Positions 19,927 through 33,704 are shown, counted from the stretch's first letter. The stretch: 64,000 bases of DNA from Camelus ferus (GCF_009834535.1 NC_045705.1:70680001-70744000); one strand, 5' to 3'. The notes: a model not told the origin generated them from the letters alone. Program-made: numbers and translations.

Positions 19927-22900
19927 TCCGTGCTGTGTACCAGTGGTGTTGGGGTGTCCTCTCCATACCCCAAGGTCCCCTATTTCCCAGGTGAGGGCTG
20001 GCGCAGGTTGAGGGGTGGCAGCTTAAGACTCAGCAGGCCTGGCCTCTGTGGTCACTTCTCCCTGGACTCCGCTCCTTCCTCTGTAGGGTAGGCTGGGAGG
20101 TGTGAGGTCTGGGAGTCTGACCCGGAGGCTGCTGTGCCAAAGCAATTCATAGGCACTGTGGGGCTAGGAGCTTCCGGCTGGTGGCAGCAGGCAGGTGGGT
20201 AGTCCAGACAGGACTGGGAAGCTGAGATCCGGAGGCTGCTGACTGGCACAGGGGTCTGGGGCAAGTGCCGGGTTTAGGGCTGGACCAGAGGTGGTCTGAC
20301 TTGTGGGCACCAGCCAACCTCTGTCTCCAGGTCCGTGCTGCTGGGTTCAGATCTCCAGTGCCCAGCCGGTGACCATGGGCAAGTAGCTCAACTTGCAAAT
20401 GGAGGTGAAGGCAGAGCCACCCTACAGGGCCGTGGGAGGACTTAAGGAGAGGTGCCTGGCAGTGTTCAGCGCCTGGTACTCAGCTGTCAGTGGCTGGGCC
20501 TATGGCTCCCGGGCCACGTGTGCTGGGCCCTGCCTGCTTCTGTTTGCTGGTGGGGGCTGTGAGAGCCTCCCCTGAGAGGAACAAGTAAGCCCCCCCAGGC
20601 TCCCCGAGCCCAGAGGGCCTGCAGGTGATTACTCAGCTCTACCTTTGACCGGGATCTCGGCAGCTTTGAAGTTTCACTGTGCCCAAAGCTCTTTTATTGC
20701 GGTGGTGGGGGTGGGGCTGATGGGGATCCCCCAAGCTGCTTTAGGGTGCTGAAGGCACCCCTTCCTCCAGCAGGGAGTGGTTGGGTCAAAGCCGTTGGAA
20801 CCCTGGGCGGGGGGAGCGGCTGGCGTTGGCAGAGAGTAGATGGCTCCTGGGTAACCATGGCAACAGGGTCGGTGGGTCTGATGCAGCTTCGGCTTAGCAG
20901 GGCTCAGCCGAGAAGCTGTGGCTTGGGGCTGCAGGGCCACGTGAGCTGGCCTCGTCCAAGGCACTGAAGGAGGCACGAGACATGGCCACCCAGCATGGGC
21001 CACCCCACAGCCCTCGCCCAGGGTTCCACACCCTGTTAGCAACCCTCCCGCGTCACCGGATCTGGGCTCTCCCGGGACTCCTTACCTTGACCCCAGGGCA
21101 CTAGGACGTGGAGTGGTGGTGGGCAGGATGGGACCACACGTGGGTTTGGGGAGGTGGGGGAACACGGGGGAGGCGGGCTGAGGGGCTGGGGCCGGCGTGT
21201 GGTTGGCGAAACTGCCAAGGATGACAGCCACCATTCTTGTTTTCCTGTTTTTAATCATGGAAAAATTTAAATGTAGGCAAAAGTTCTAGAATTTATATTG
21301 GACATCTCTGTACCAGGACCTGTCAGGCACTTGGGATGCATCAGTGCCCAAGGGAAACTCTGCTCATGGAGCCCACATTCTAGCCAGGCACACAGCCTCT
21401 GACCCCCAAGCAGCACCACTGAGTCAGGCATAGGGCATCCCATCCAGTCAACGATGGGCCTGCTGGACCCTGGAGAAGCTTCCCAGAAGCTCCCATCACC
21501 GGGTGTCAAAAACTGCTAACACAGGGCTCCGGCCCACCCCACCCCGCTGTCCCCACATGGCTCTGAAGCAGGTCTCAGGCATCATACAGTTTCACCTGGA
21601 AATTCTCCGTGTGTGCCTCCGAGGGAAGCCCCCATACCCTGCTCCCCGCAAATGAACAATAGCTCCATCGTTTGCTCAGACTCCCAGCCGGTGGCGCAGC
21701 ACTCTGGTTGCCTCTGCTTTTTACAGTCGGTTTTATAGAAGGAGGACCCAGACCCACACCTGGAATTTGCCTCATGGGTCCATGAAGCCTCTCGTGAGCA
21801 CCCCTTTCCCAAGCCTTTACGGAGGAAACAGCTCATTCTTGGTGCGGCGTGGCTGATGGCTCCACTCTGCATGTTCCTTACTGAATGTCTATCCCTGTAT
21901 CTTCTGTAATTGGGGGTGGGGGTGGGGGCGGGGGTCAGAAGCAGTGTGATTGGATTCTGGTTTGGTTTTTGGTTCCTGCACTTCAGAGGCGGTGCTGTGT
22001 CCATGCGCTGCGGCCCTGTGAGGACACACGTGTGGTGACCGGATCACTGTCTGCACAGGGACAAGCAAGGGCTGTGGCTGGTGATCAGGCAGGACGACAG
22101 GTGTGCCACCCTCGTTAGGAGTCTCCGCCAGCTATCATTTCCCGAGCGCCATCCTGCCCGTTTGCAGAATGGGAAGCGGCGGGTCTGGAAGGGCAGGCAC
22201 CTGGGTTATAGAGCTTGAGGTAGGGGTTCTTGGGATTCGAAGCTGGCATGGCTTCATTCCCAAGTCCCTGCAGTACCCACGTCCCAGGAGGGCGGGCTGC
22301 CTGCGGGCTGTCCTGGGGAGGACACCTCGGCAGCCCAGTGTTCCGATCCGCACCCACATCTGCACAGTACCCCACCCCAGCCCTCGGCTCTGCTGTGCAG
22401 GCAGCTGGTCTCCCCTAGGACCTGTGGTCCAGCCCTGGAAGCCAATTCCAGACAGAAGGTGACCAGGGGCTGGGTGATCGAGTTAGGCTGGGGACCCCTG
22501 GGGACCCCAGTCTGTGGAGTGCGGGGGGCGGGAATGTTGACTTTGGCCTTGGGCTGAAGCTGGATGGGCCGGAGAAATCTACAAGGACTGTGGATCAGGC
22601 AGGGCTGGGGTGGGTGGGAGGGGGTGGCACAGTCCGGGCGACCAGAGCCTGGCTGTGCGGGACTTTGCTACTGGGTCAGTACATCATCTTGTGTATTCGT
22701 GACAGCAGGCGCCCCACAGAGATCTGCTTTGTAGTCCCCGTGTGTCTCTGTGGCTGAAACTCACCCAATCAGAGAATGGATGTATCCCCCTCAGGCCACT
22801 CATGCTGGGGGCTCGGCTGGCCCAGGGCTGCCCCGGACAGAGGCCGCACATCTAGGCTTGCCCGATCTGGCCAGCCGGGGTCCCGCACTCACTCATTCTG

Positions 22901-23369
22901 AAACCTTTATCAGGCGCCTTCTCTGTTCAAGGTGCAAAGTGCCCAAGGGAAGCCCTGCCCTCACGAGCCGGTGTTCTCGCAGGAGATATCAGTGTGGCCT
23001 GGCCCTTGGTGGACATGCCGGCCCCCGGGGGCAGCAGCAGGGGTCCCGGGAGTCGTACAGCTCGCTCAGCATCTCTGAGCCGCGTCTCTGAAAGGCAGCT
23101 GTGGTGCTGACCTCAGAGCTGTCGCCTGTTTCACGCTAGAGACACTGTGACGTGGGTCCCCATTGGGATAGGCCAGTCCCACAGTCAAAGCCAGGTCCTC
23201 AGTAGTCCCTGCCCGTCCCAGGGCAGCCCCACCGCCTCTGGGAGGAACCCGCAGCGCCCACTCAGAAGGCGACGTCTTTCTGCTCTTTCTGGCTTTGGTT
23301 TCGGGTTGAGTGGGGCACCTCACCTGTCAGTCTGCCTCTGAAGCAAATGAACCCACATGCCAGCTCCTC

Positions 23370-23930
23370 CCCGGCCCAGGTCTGTGGGGCCAGATGAAAT
23401 TGGGGCCCCCTTGTTCAAAAATGGAGAAAAAGTTATGTTAACAGTGCTGAACTATATAGTTTTTCCTTTTATCCACGGTCTATGTCTTGACTTAGGGTGT
23501 TTAAATTTGCTGTTTAATACCGTTCTAAGTAAAGAAAAATTAATGGTTGAAGTAACTAGCATGCATTTTTATTCATTAAGACTGTGCGATGCCAGTCTTA
23601 AATGAGGAGGTAAGAGCGTTAACTTCTATGCAGAATCACCAAAATGACGCCGTCCGGGTCTGCGGTGGGCACTCACGCGTTATTTCATCGTTGCTGGAAA
23701 CCAGAAGTGCTGCACAGAGCTAGCACTGTGGTTACTTTTTATTTCACTCCTCGGTCCACGAGTTTTACCTACAGTTGTTCCCTTCAGCTTGTGGCTGAGG
23801 AAGGACTGAGGGGAGAAAGTTTGGGCTCACCCATCTCCCCCTTTCCTTCTGTTATTTTTTGCATAAATGGTGGCCAGTGCCGGGAAGTCATGGGCGGGTT
23901 CCGTGGGCGTGCAAACTTGCTACCTCTTTC
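23370..23930. mobile_element. hAT-Tip100 (MER45-like) DNA transposon remnant
   Basis: AT-rich block bounded by ggggcccccttgttcaaaaat and gggcgggttccgtgggcgtgc, resembling recalled MER45 terminal motifs. Confidence 0.45.
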
Positions 23931-26182
23931 TGCATTTCAAGGAGGCTCTGGATGGAGTGAGAACTTGGCCCTGCGGGCTGGAGGCACCCGCTTGCTGGGT
24001 GAAGGATGCAAAACACAGACCCTTCTTGCCTCGGTCTGCGCGGGCTCCAGGCCGTGGGCCCACGGGAGCGCTGGTTCCCGGGCGTCTCGAACGCTCTCTG
24101 CAAGGGGGTGGACTCTCATGTGGCAAACATCTCCTCCGCTCGCCTGAGCCCTCCGCTGTCCCGTCCACCTTCACCAGCAAACACAGCGTCTCCCGAGCCC
24201 CATCACCTGAAGCCAGCCTGATGCCACCCGCGGAGCTGGGGCTGGGGGCCTCCATGGGGAGGTGGCCAGCACAGAAACTGCTCCACAAAGAGGATCCCAG
24301 TAAGGGAGCAGACATGCCCCTCTGGACCAGCCTGGGGGGGCCACCTGCTTCTTGCAGAGACTGGAGGTGGGGTGGGCATTCAGGGCGGGGGGGGGCACAC
24401 ACACCTCTTCTTGAAAGAGTAGTCCTGTCCAGCCCAGTGGGCTGGGGAAGGGGGACACACAGGTGGCTGCTTCCCTGTGGGGCTGCTGGGGAGTAACCCC
24501 GATAAGGGTGGGGGACCATGTCTGCTCCCACACCCGTCTCCGAGGCCAGCCCCCGCCTTCCTTCCCTGCCCTAGTCCCCACCAGGTGCCCTGGATCCAGT
24601 GGGGTAGGACCCTGGGGAGGGGGCTAGCCACTGTGCTGCAGGGAGCAGGGAGGGTCCTGGGGTTCTGAGGCCGCAAGACCACGAGAGGACACTTTGTGGA
24701 AAGAAGACCCTCAAATGTATCTTGAGAGAGGGAGGCTCTGCTGGACAGGGAGGGATGGGAGGGGATTCTGGCGGGGGGCAGTGCTTTGTGGATTGAGGAG
24801 TGGGGACAGGGAGCACTCCAGGCACCTGGCGGAGAGGAGGAGGAGGCCGCAGCCAACACTGGGGGGACAAGACAGAGGTCTCAACCACAGCGATGGTATC
24901 AAGGGTGCTGGTGGGGGGTCCCCTGAGTGACTGTGATGGGGGGCAGAGTGACTGGGTGAGGAGGGGGGTCCGACAGGCCTTGCGGACCCTTCCCCCACAG
25001 TAACAGCTGTCTGTGGGGGCTGCACCAGGGTGAATGGCTGGAGGACGAGGTCACACCCTTAGTCTTTTCAGCATGAAGACAGGGAGTGGCCAGGTGCCCG
25101 CCCAGCACCTGCCTCATGCTGTGCCGTCCTGAGCCTCTGGGCTGTGAGTCAGCCTTGAGCTTGTTGTGGGTGATGGTGCAGGGAGGGCCCCCGGGAGCCC
25201 ACACCCAGAAGACAGGAGCTCCGTGTTCCCAGATGCACCCCCTCAAGGGGTCTCGCCCCCACTTCCAGGCCCAGAGGGGGCCAGTGACCAGCCCGAGGCC
25301 CACAGGTACCCAGAGGTGCTGGGGTTCTGAGCGGACAGTGAGGCTGCAGCCCCCACCACAACTCCCCCTGCGTCCCCTCTGGGTCCCCCACACCTGCCTG
25401 GAGAGGCACTGTTTCTGCTGTTTTTCTGTGGGGAACACTGAGATGGGGGGTCTTGTCAGCAACAGTGACAGGGAGAGGAGCCAGGACGCCAGCTTTAGCC
25501 TCTGGACACACTTGTCCTCCAAATGGGGGGACCTGGGAGGCTCACGTGCTGAAGGAAGGTGAGGGGCAGAGGCCTCATGGGTTCTGGGGGGCTCCTGGGG
25601 AGCTGGACTGGGGGCCAAGTGCCCTGCCCCTCCTCCGGCTTCTCCTGATGGGGATGGGGGAGGAGCGTCTGTGAGCTGTGCCTGCCAGCCTCCCACCTCC
25701 CAGGACCACCTCAGGCCCCACGCCCGCCCCAACTGCCGGCTGTGATGAATGGGGGAAATCAATCAGCTGGGGGGGCGAGGTAACTGTCCCAGAATGGCCC
25801 AGGGGAGCTCCCAGCAGCCTGGCCGCCTTGCCCCCCGCAGTGCCCCCTGCTGAGCTGGGACCACAGCCCCCACCCCTTACAGCCTGAAGTGGGCCTTTGT
25901 CTCTGAACCTCCTATTTCCCAGAGGCAGGGAGGGGCTGCTGAGGGTCCCGTCAGCACCCGAGAGCAGCCCCTGCCCGGGGCCATGCAGCGAATGCAGGGA
26001 GAGCAGGGGCGGCTGCGTGCCCGGCCCCAGGCAGCCCTGCCACGAGCCCGGGGCCTGCCTGCCCTCAGCAAGGCCCTTTCTCCACAGTGGACGGAAGGCC
26101 AGGCTCCAGAGCTAAGGCACTGAGGGTGCGCTCGGCAAAGCCATGTTACGAACCCAGGAGCCCCTGCAGCTGGGGAGGCGGT

Positions 26183-26573
26183 GGGTTCGTCAGCTCTGGC
26201 TGCTGTAACAGACAGCGCAGACCACAGACGGGGTGGCGTCAGCAGCAGACGGGCGCCGTCCCCCGTCCTGGGGGCGGGAGTCCGAGGGCCGGGCGAGGGC
26301 GGGCCCGGCTCTGCCTGGGGCCTCTCTCCTCGGTGTGGAGAGGGCTGTCTTCTCCCGCGTCCTCACATGGTCGTCCCCCTGCGTGTGTCTGCGTCCTGAT
26401 CTCCTCTTCTTGTAAGGACACCAGGCCTACGGGATTAGGGCCCACCCCAGTGACCTCATTTTACCTTATTCACCTCTTCAAAGGCCCTCTTTCTAAACAC
26501 AGCCACATTCTGAGGTCCTGGGGGTCAGGATTCCAACACAGGGATTCGAGGGGACACAGTTCAGCCCATAACA
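26183..26573 (-). mobile_element. MLT1B-like solo LTR
   Basis: gtcctgatctcctcttcttgtaaggacacc...gacctcattttacctta...gggacacagttcagcccataaca (reverse of TGTTATGGGCTGAA). Confidence 0.9.
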
Positions 26574-27059
26574 GGCAGGGCTTTCCAGCAATCCCAGCCC
26601 CCAAGGGCACTGCCCTCCCCGTCCCCGCAGGACCTCACCTGCACAGTCTCCCCTGTGACAGCCCCACCCCTAAGGTTGAGAACCGTCCTCTCCAGGCCCC
26701 TGTTGTAGGATGGAGCTGCCTCTCTCCCTGGGGCCCCGGCGAGCCCAGGGAAGGAGGGTCCCGGTGTGTCCACTACCTGTGACGTTGGGTGACAGGACCC
26801 CAGGGCTGTTCTGTCGTTGGGGTGGTGGGAGCCGGTGTCAGGGGGAGCTTGGGGTCCTCAGGGCCCACTTTCTTCTCCCTGCTTGTCCCGCCCACCAGGC
26901 TTCCGTACGGGGTACAGCCCAGCTCAGGTTTCCTATCTGATTTACTGAGGAGGTGCTGGTCCCCCACCACCCAGGGCTTCTGAGGCCTGTACCTACCCCC
27001 ACACCGGGCATTTGCCTATAAGCCCTGGGGCCCCATCTAGGCCTGGCCCCCACTGGCTG

Positions 27060-27225
27060 GCCATCAGCTGTGTTGATAACCATGCAAATCTCTAAACGAA
27101 ATCCAATTAATACCCAAATGAGGGCCCGGGAGCAGCTCAGGCGGCCTGAAGAGGCTGGGCTGGGTTTTATCTTCAGCCTCAAATATTTGTCTCTCATTTG
27201 AATGCCTTTTGTGGGCTTGGATTAG
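27060..27225. promoter_or_regulatory. AT-rich non-repeat island, candidate enhancer
   Basis: CAGCTG (27065), TGATAA (27074), ATGCAAAT (27082) and AATTAAT (27105) within 50 bp, in GC-rich surroundings. Confidence 0.4.
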
Positions 27226-29680
27226 GGGTGCGGGGCTCCCAGCAGACGAAGCCTGGCTTTCACGCACACCTACGTAGGGTTTGGGGCAATTTGAGCTGTG
27301 TTTGCCCTCCTTCACCCATCCCACCTGCACCCTCTGCAAGGCCTTTGAGGGAGGGGGCCCCATGGCCCCTCCCTGACCATCCCTTCCCAACCCCCATCCC
27401 GGACAGGCCTCTCCCCCAGCTGGCCTCTGTGCTGGCCACACCCTCCTGCAGGGCCCAGGGGAGGGATGGGGTCCTTGGTCCTTCTGCCCCACGCCCGGGC
27501 CTGGGTTCTGTGGGTGCAGAGCTGGGGATCACTTCTCCGTCGGAGCTGGACTGTGAGGAGTCCGGCTCTGCCAGGGGCGGCGAGGAACGTTCTCCCGGTA
27601 GAGGGCCTGCACCTCTCTCAGGAGGCAGATGTGAGCACGTGGCCGAGGTGGATGACTGAGCGTGCGCCCGTGTGGTCAGCATGTGCCCCTACCTCTCTAG
27701 CCCCGTCTGACGGCCCCTGCTGGGGTGCCTGGCCTGGGGCTGCTCTCCTGGTGTTGCTCAGCTCATCCTAGGCTGCTCTGCCCATTTTATAGGCATGGAA
27801 ATACTCTGGGATATCGACGAGCTTCCGGGGTTGGGGGACCAGTGGGTTCCCAGCCAGGGCTGTGTGTGTCCAGAGCTCTTCCCAAGGAAGGGACACACAA
27901 GGGCAGCTCTGCTCAGGGGGCGTGGGGCTGGCCAGGATGGGTGCTTCCCCCCATGGCCGGCCAACCCTGCCAGTCACCCCGTGACCTGAGTTGCCCCTTA
28001 ACTCAGACTCAACCTCACTCTTCAGCCTGTTGTGAGTTGTGCTGAGCCTCCGGGAACTGGCCCAGAGTTGGGTCGAGTGTGCTCCGTGGGGCCGGGGGCT
28101 CCAGCAGCCTGGCAGGGTGGCTGGGTCAGGGCAGCTACCAGGGTTCCTGACACTTACTTCTCCATCTGCAGGGAGAGATGAGTCTTCGTTCCATTCTGCC
28201 CCTGGCTTCTCTGCCAGGGCCACCTTTGTCCCAACACAAGCTTGCGGTGACTTCACCAGAGCCCTCTCCCCTCAGACACTTGCTCTCCTCCAGGAAGTCT
28301 TCCAGGGCTGCCTTGCCCTGGTCTCAGTGGGCAAGGTCGGCAAGGGCCTTCTCTAGCTCCCTTTGGGAAGCTGGGGAGAGGGTGGGCCGGGGGCAGGAGC
28401 AGGCAGCCAAGAGGGGGAAACCCAGTGGGCCCCGCGTGTGCCCCCTCCCTGAAGGTGCAGGCTTGGATCCTGGGCCGCCCTTCCTGGGGTTTGGGGAGCA
28501 CTGGGGCTTGGGGGGGCAAAGGTGGGGATATTTCAGAGAAGAGAAGGGCAGTGTGCATCCAGCAACTTAGGGCTCAGAGTTATGACCTGTCTTTCAACCT
28601 TTCGAGAAAAGCGGAGCAACAGGTTTGGGCTTGTGGACAGGCTGCCCCTCACCCAGGACAGTGAGTGACAAGGCCAGGAGGAGGCCCTAGGTCACCTGGG
28701 GAACGTGCGGGAGGGAGCCAGGAGCCAAGAGGCTGCGGTGGGTGCAGCGGGGGAGAGAGAGCGGACGGATGGACAGGAGGAGCCCCTGACCAGGGGAGTG
28801 TGGAGAGACAGGTCCCAGACCCACCTCCCCCTTCAGCCTGGCTGCCCAGGGAGCTGGTGACTCAGCCCTGCCTGCCTCCCTGTAGCACAGCCTGCACTTT
28901 CCTGGCTCCCTCCGTGGCCAGAAAGAAGAGGTGGGGTCGGGAGGGGTCGTGCAGCCTAGAGGTGGGCACTGAGCTGGGGGAACAAGCCTTGGGGACTCGC
29001 CTTAGAGCCCCTGCCCCAGGATGTCCCCTCCCCACCCCCAGCTCCCAAGCTGTCCACCGGGGGCCGTCTGGGGCTGGGCGCTGGGGCTGCATCCTACGGG
29101 CCATCCTGACATCACTCAGCTTGGAGGTCTGAGCCCCTCTGTGGTCCTGGGCCTGGCTGACTTGGGGTGGGGGACGAGGGGGTGGTGAGGACTGTCCCTG
29201 TTCCTCAGTCTGGCCATGGGAACCTTGAAGGGAGGTGCAGTGGATGAGGGTCTCTGGACCCCTCCTCTGGGGTACCTGGATTCCCAGTCTCTTTGAAGCC
29301 CTTGTGGGTGCTGGGAGGTGACCTGATGTGGGAGTCAAAGTTCAGCCACGGGGGCAGCCTACAGCCTGTGGGCGGGTGGGCACTGAGGTCTTCCTGGAGG
29401 TGGGGGCTGGAGGCCCTACAGGGTGGAGAACCTTCAGGTGGATGGCTTGCCCAGGAGCGGGCTCCCTCGGGGGACGGGACCCAGCAGAATCAGGCCTGGG
29501 CCCCCACGGCCACCGCCCCTGGCTCCTCCTCCCTGCCCCAGCCCCCACCTGCCCCTAGGGCAGCCGGGCAGTGCTCGTCAGGTCCAACCTGTTCTGGGCA
29601 GGGCCAGCACTGCCGCCGGGGGTGGATTCCAGCTTTTTCTTCATGCTCAGCTTCATATGAAGGCTTCCACCCAGCTTCAG

Positions 29681-29888
29681 CCCTCCCTCCCTCCCTCCCT
29701 CCCCACTCCTACACACGCACACACATTCAGACACAGAGACACACGTGTACATGTATACACACATGGAGAACACACAAAGATACACAGGTTGCGCACATAT
29801 GCACAGACACACACAGACACACTCAGACACACACTCAGATATAGACACATATACACACACGCACACACACTCAGACTCACATGCACAC
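29681..29888. repeat. (CCCT)n plus degenerate (CA)n low-complexity tract
   Basis: Seen directly. Confidence 0.9.
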
Positions 29889-30084
29889 CTGGAGCAGGTG
29901 TGGCCTTGCTGCCGTCAGGCTGTGCCCGCAGGGGCTGGGTGAGGGAGCCTGGCATCACGGGGCCCCCTCCGTGGTCTCCATGACCCCCACGTCGCCCTCC
30001 TGGCCCCTGCACCTGTGCACGAAGCACCCCCGTCCCCCGCACAGATGCCCTCCCCCACCATCAGCCAGGCGGCCCGCCAGCGCT

Positions 30085-33000
30085 GGGGAGAGCCCTTTCT
30101 GTCTGTTTCTACTGTTTTACTCTCAGCCCGTGCGGCAGGCGCGTGCTGGGGCCCTCGCTGTGGCTTTGACGGGCGTCTCGCCCGTGACGCGTGACGCTGA
30201 GTGCCTTTTGCTGCCGTGTGTCTGCGGCGCTGAGCTTTATGCTGGATTGCCTTCTTCTGTCTGAGCTGTGCGAATCCTTCGCACATTCTGGATACCAGTT
30301 CTGCGTTTGACAGGTGGTTTGCAAATATTTTTCCCAGTCTGCCATTTATCTTTTTAATGTCTTAACATTACCTTTTACAAAGGAAAAGTTTTAATTTAAC
30401 AAAATCCAATGTATCAGGTTTTCTTTCTTTAAGGTGTCCTGTCTTTGCCTGACCCAGAGGTTCTCAACTAGAAGCCCTTCTGCGCCCTGGGGAGATGCTT
30501 GGCAAGGTCTGGAGACATCTTTCGTTGTCATGTTGTTGGATATTTGGCCAAATATCCGACAGTGCACAAGAAAAGCCTCGCAGCAGAGAATTATCTGGCC
30601 GCAAGTGTCAGCAGTGCTGAGGCCGGAGGCCCACAAAGAGTTTCTCCCATGTCTTCTGCTAGGTGTTTTATAGCTTTATATTTTACAATAAGGTCTATGA
30701 CTTATGTTGAGAGAGCGTTTGTGTGTCAAGGTTCATTTTTTTGCATCTGGATGTGCGATCGATCCAGTACTATTCATTGAAAAGACTGTTGTTCATTGAG
30801 TTGCCTTTGCATCTTTGCCAAAACTCAGTTGACTACGTTTGTGTGGGTCTGTTCTGTGCCACTGATCTATGAGTCTCTCCCTTCCTAGTAACACGCTGTC
30901 TTGATTACTGTAGATTTTAGTAAAAATCAGTACATGATAAATATACATTAAAGGGAAGTGACATCAGGCAGAGTGAGCCCTCCAACTTCGTTCTCCTTCT
31001 TATAAATTGTTTGAACTAGCCTAGTTTATTTGCATTTCCATGTAAATTTTAGAATCAACTTGTTGCTGCTGGGGAAATGATTGGATATGTGGCTCTTTAG
31101 TTCAGTTTGGGGGAGAACTGACATCTTAAGAGTACCGAGTCATCCAGCCTAGGGACATAGAATACCTTTCCATCTATTTAGGTGTTCGATTCCCTTTATC
31201 TGTGGTTTGCAGTTGTCAGCACACAGAATCTGCCCATTTTTACTTACATATCCATGCCCAAGTATTTCGTTTTGGGGGTGCTATTGTAAGTGGAGCTATT
31301 TTTAAAAATTTAGAATTTGAATTGTTCATTGCTAACACACAGAAATACAATTCATTTTGTATGTTGACTGTATCCTGAGGTCTTGCTAAACTCTCTTATT
31401 AGTTCTTGTTTTCTGTAGTTTTTTGTTGGGGAGCAGGGGCTTTCTATAGAAACATTCATGTCCCTGTAAATAGAGAGAGTTTCATTTTTCGCTGTCCAAC
31501 CTGTCTGCCATCTGTTTCTTTTTCTTGTCTTATTGTATTGGCTATCTCCTCCTGTCTTCATACGGAGTGGGTTTCTCATAGACAGCATCCAGTTGGGTCT
31601 TGCTTTGCTTATCCAACTTGACAGTCTCTATTAATTGGTGTGTTGAGATTATTTAAATTTCACATGATTATCTATGTGTTTGGATTAAACATTACAGTCT
31701 TGTTGGCTCTTTTCTATTTGATTTGTTTTTTGTTTCCCGCCACGTTTCCTGCCTTCCTTGTGGATTAATCAGCCATTCTATATTATTCCATTTTAGCTTC
31801 ACTGTTGCCTTATTAAGTCTCTTTTTCAAAAAACTTAATAGTTGACCTAGGTTTTATGATGCACATCTTTAATCAGTCGATGTATACCAAGTAACATCAT
31901 ATTGCCCTAGGTGTCAGGTAAGGAACTTATGACTGAATATTCTCAATTCTTCCCTTATTTGTCTGTTGTTGCCCTAAATTATACTTTACATTATGCCGTA
32001 AACATACACTGCATGAGCACTAATTTTTCTTTAGATGGTCAGTTATTTTTTAGCACAATTAAAAATGAGGAAGACACGAATTCTATTTTTACTTCCATTT
32101 GTTCCATTCCCAGTGTTCTTTGCTTCTTTGCCTAAATCCGAGTTTCTATCTGGCATCATGCTCCTTTTGCCCAAAGAACTTCCTGTAACATTTCTTATCA
32201 TGAAGGTCTTCCAGCAGCAAAGAATTATCCAGTTTTTGTTTTTCTGATAAAGATGATAAAGACTTCTCTTCCTTTTTTGAAAGATATTTGCCGTGGGTAT
32301 GGAATTCTGGATTGAGAGTTGTTTTTTTTTTTTTTTTTTTTTCCTTTCAGCCCTGGTTTACTTGGTTTCTGACAAGAAGTGTGCTGTTCATTTTACCGTT
32401 TTCCTCTGAATCGAACGGGCCTTCGTTTTCTAGCTACTTTCAAGATGTCCTCTTTGGTCTTGGGTTTTCAGCAGTCTGAATACAATATACCTTCGAATCT
32501 TTTTTTATGGTGTTTATCTTGCTTGGTGTTCACTGAGCTTCTTGGATGTGTGGTTAGTCCTCTGTCAGTAATTCTGTAAAATTCTCACCCGTTAAGTCTG
32601 CAGTAACTCCTTCTGCACTGCTTTCTCTCCCCTCTCCCTGAGACAACAGCTGTGCCCGCGCTGTGCTCTTCAGTGTCCCCCGCAGCCCTTGGATGCTCTG
32701 CTCTGCTTCCTCCCCCTTTCATTATCTCCCTCCTTGCATTTCATCTGGGTACTTTCTGTGGTACCATTTTCAGGTTCACTGATTCTTTCCTTGGCTGTGT
32801 CAGCTTTCCCAAGGAACCCATCTTTTCTGTTGCAGTGTTTTTCACTCTAGACTTTCCCTTTGATTTTTTTCCTTTCAGTTTCTGTCTCTTTGCTGAAGTC
32901 TATCTCATCTTGCATGTTGCCCTCCTCCTTAGAATCTTTACTGTATTTATCACAGTTACTGAAAAGTCCTGACAGCTTCAACGCCTGTACCATGTCTGAG

Positions 33001-33300
33001 TCTGGTGGTCCTGATGGCTTCGTCTTGACAGTGTGTTGGTTTTTCTTGCCTTTTTTGTAGCCTCATACTTCTTGTTGAAATCCAGCCACCTTGTGGAGGA
33101 CAGCAGAGACTGGGGTAGATCGTTTTACACCTGGAAATGACAATGTCCCTTTTGCTGTTCTTTCAGCGTGCAGCTCGCAGTCAGTCTCTGGGAATTGAGC
33201 TGGGTTTGGGTTTTTCGTTGCCATGGTTACCCTCAGACCACCACTACCACCATCAATTCCTCTAGCATCACCTTGTGTTTAGCGTGGAAGCGGTTTTTCC
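30085..33300 (-). mobile_element. Old LINE-1 (L1M) ORF2 to 5' region remnant
   Basis: Minus ORF 31352-31588 ...ELIREFSKTSGY resembles RT-region LLELINEFSKVAGY; T-rich plus strand. Confidence 0.85.
30455..30632 (+). mobile_element. MER20 (hAT-Charlie) nested in L1
   Basis: cagaggttctcaac...ttggcaaggtctggagacatctttcgttgtca...gaattatctggcc...gtgtcagcagtgctgagg matches recalled MER20. Confidence 0.85.
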
Positions 33301-33704
33301 TGGGGTCAGTTCCACCTCCAGCTTGAAGCACTACTTTTGTGCTGTGCCTCAGATGGGCTGCCTTTCTGGAAACTCCTGGAAATTCCCCAGTGATATTCCA
33401 ACATCACCTGTCACCTGTCAGCCCAGCCGGGGGGGGGGGGTGTGTGTGCTGGGGCCATTCCCTGCTTTCTGATTAACCCTATGTACTGTGGGTGCAGCCT
33501 TCCCCGAGCTCCTGCCCCACCCACAGCCGTAACCAGGGCGGTGCAGATCTTGCCCATCCCGGTGGGTGCAAGGGCCTTCTGATTTGTTCCCTCGGCTGCA
33601 GGGGGTTTTCATCGGGGCCCTAAGTGTGAAGTGTTTTGCACTTGCCCCAGCAGCTTGCGCCCCCACAGTGGGAGTGTAGTCTGGAGGGCTTGTGAGCACT
33701 GGTT

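Larger units (their letters stand above)
19369..19945 (+). other. ASCL2: ASCL2 terminal non-coding exon (3' UTR)
   Basis: Follows the acceptor and contains AT-rich 3' UTR-like sequence with two AATAAA; the exact end is inferred. Confidence 0.75.
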
